Assembly (NCBI GenBank): GCA_951406725.2
Contig: OX597819.1
Coordinates: 55,552,001 to 55,616,000 of the forward strand
Source: Octopus vulgaris
Lineage: Eukaryota
Direction of reading: 5' to 3'
DNA length: 64,000 bases
The stretch's first letter is position 1. The number at the start of each line of letters is the position of its first letter. The notes beneath the pieces were generated by a model. That model was not told the origin of the DNA and did no database searches. It saw only the letters and a list, made by a program, of their open reading frames with translations. Below are positions 63,422 through 64,000 of the stretch, one piece after another. The position numbers and the translations under genes were made by a program.

Positions 63422-64000
63422 TATATATATATATATATATAAATACAGGCACAGAAAATGAAATGCAATAGGATGATGTAAAATAAAATATTTACATCAT
63501 TACATTTAAGAATATGTCTACTACTTGAGAATGCTTGTGTCTCTACTCAAGAGAGAAAGTGCAATTTCCTTTATGTGAACACTTATGAGGACTGTGAGGG
63601 TATGGGTGTAAATTGAAGTGCATGAGGTAGTCACGTGACAATTTAAGGCTGATTGCAACAGTGATGTCAAGAGATGTGTTCGTCTTACTGTCTGTGTATT
63701 GTGTTCTATGTTAACCATAAGAACTATAGATCTGAGCCAAAATTATTTAAGAAAATTGATAGTATTTTATCGCCTCGTCTGATTGTCTATGTAAATGTGT
63801 TGCGTGTGTGAATAATGAGTAGTGACTGTTAAGAACACCATCATCATTTAGCATCTGCTTTCCATGTAGATGGTTTGACAGAAAACTGGTAAGCTGGAGA
63901 GCTGCACCAGGTTCCAGTCTGATTTGGCATGGTTTTTATGGATGGATGCTCTTCCTAGCGCCATCCATTCCAAAAGTGCAATGGGTGCCAGTCATCTGAT

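Overview
AT-rich, repeat-dense animal genomic DNA. The SINE and MITE families look like those of octopus (coleoid cephalopod); this is recognised from memory, not searched. The main feature is one 15-coding-exon gene on the minus strand (CDS 57060->20431, 1764 nt, 587 aa) encoding translation initiation factor eIF4B. It was reconstructed by hand: every intron is GT-AG and all phases are consistent. Nearly all ORFs in the supplied track are spurious. The rest of the window is tRNA-derived SINEs, a 5'-truncated CR1/L2-type LINE with an open RT frame, decayed LINE, mariner, maT (DD37D) and Tigger fossils, non-autonomous Helitrons (one head-to-tail pair), hAT-, Merlin- and piggyBac-like MITEs, and microsatellites. 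Most notable observations: a type I hammerhead-ribozyme-like fold at 17827-17909; a CpG-decay footprint of gene-body methylation recorded in repeat copies; a possible divergent gene sharing the eIF4B promoter; a ~255-bp piece of intron 1 copied into a (TA)n tract between ~200-bp inverted repeats; and two candidate poison exons.
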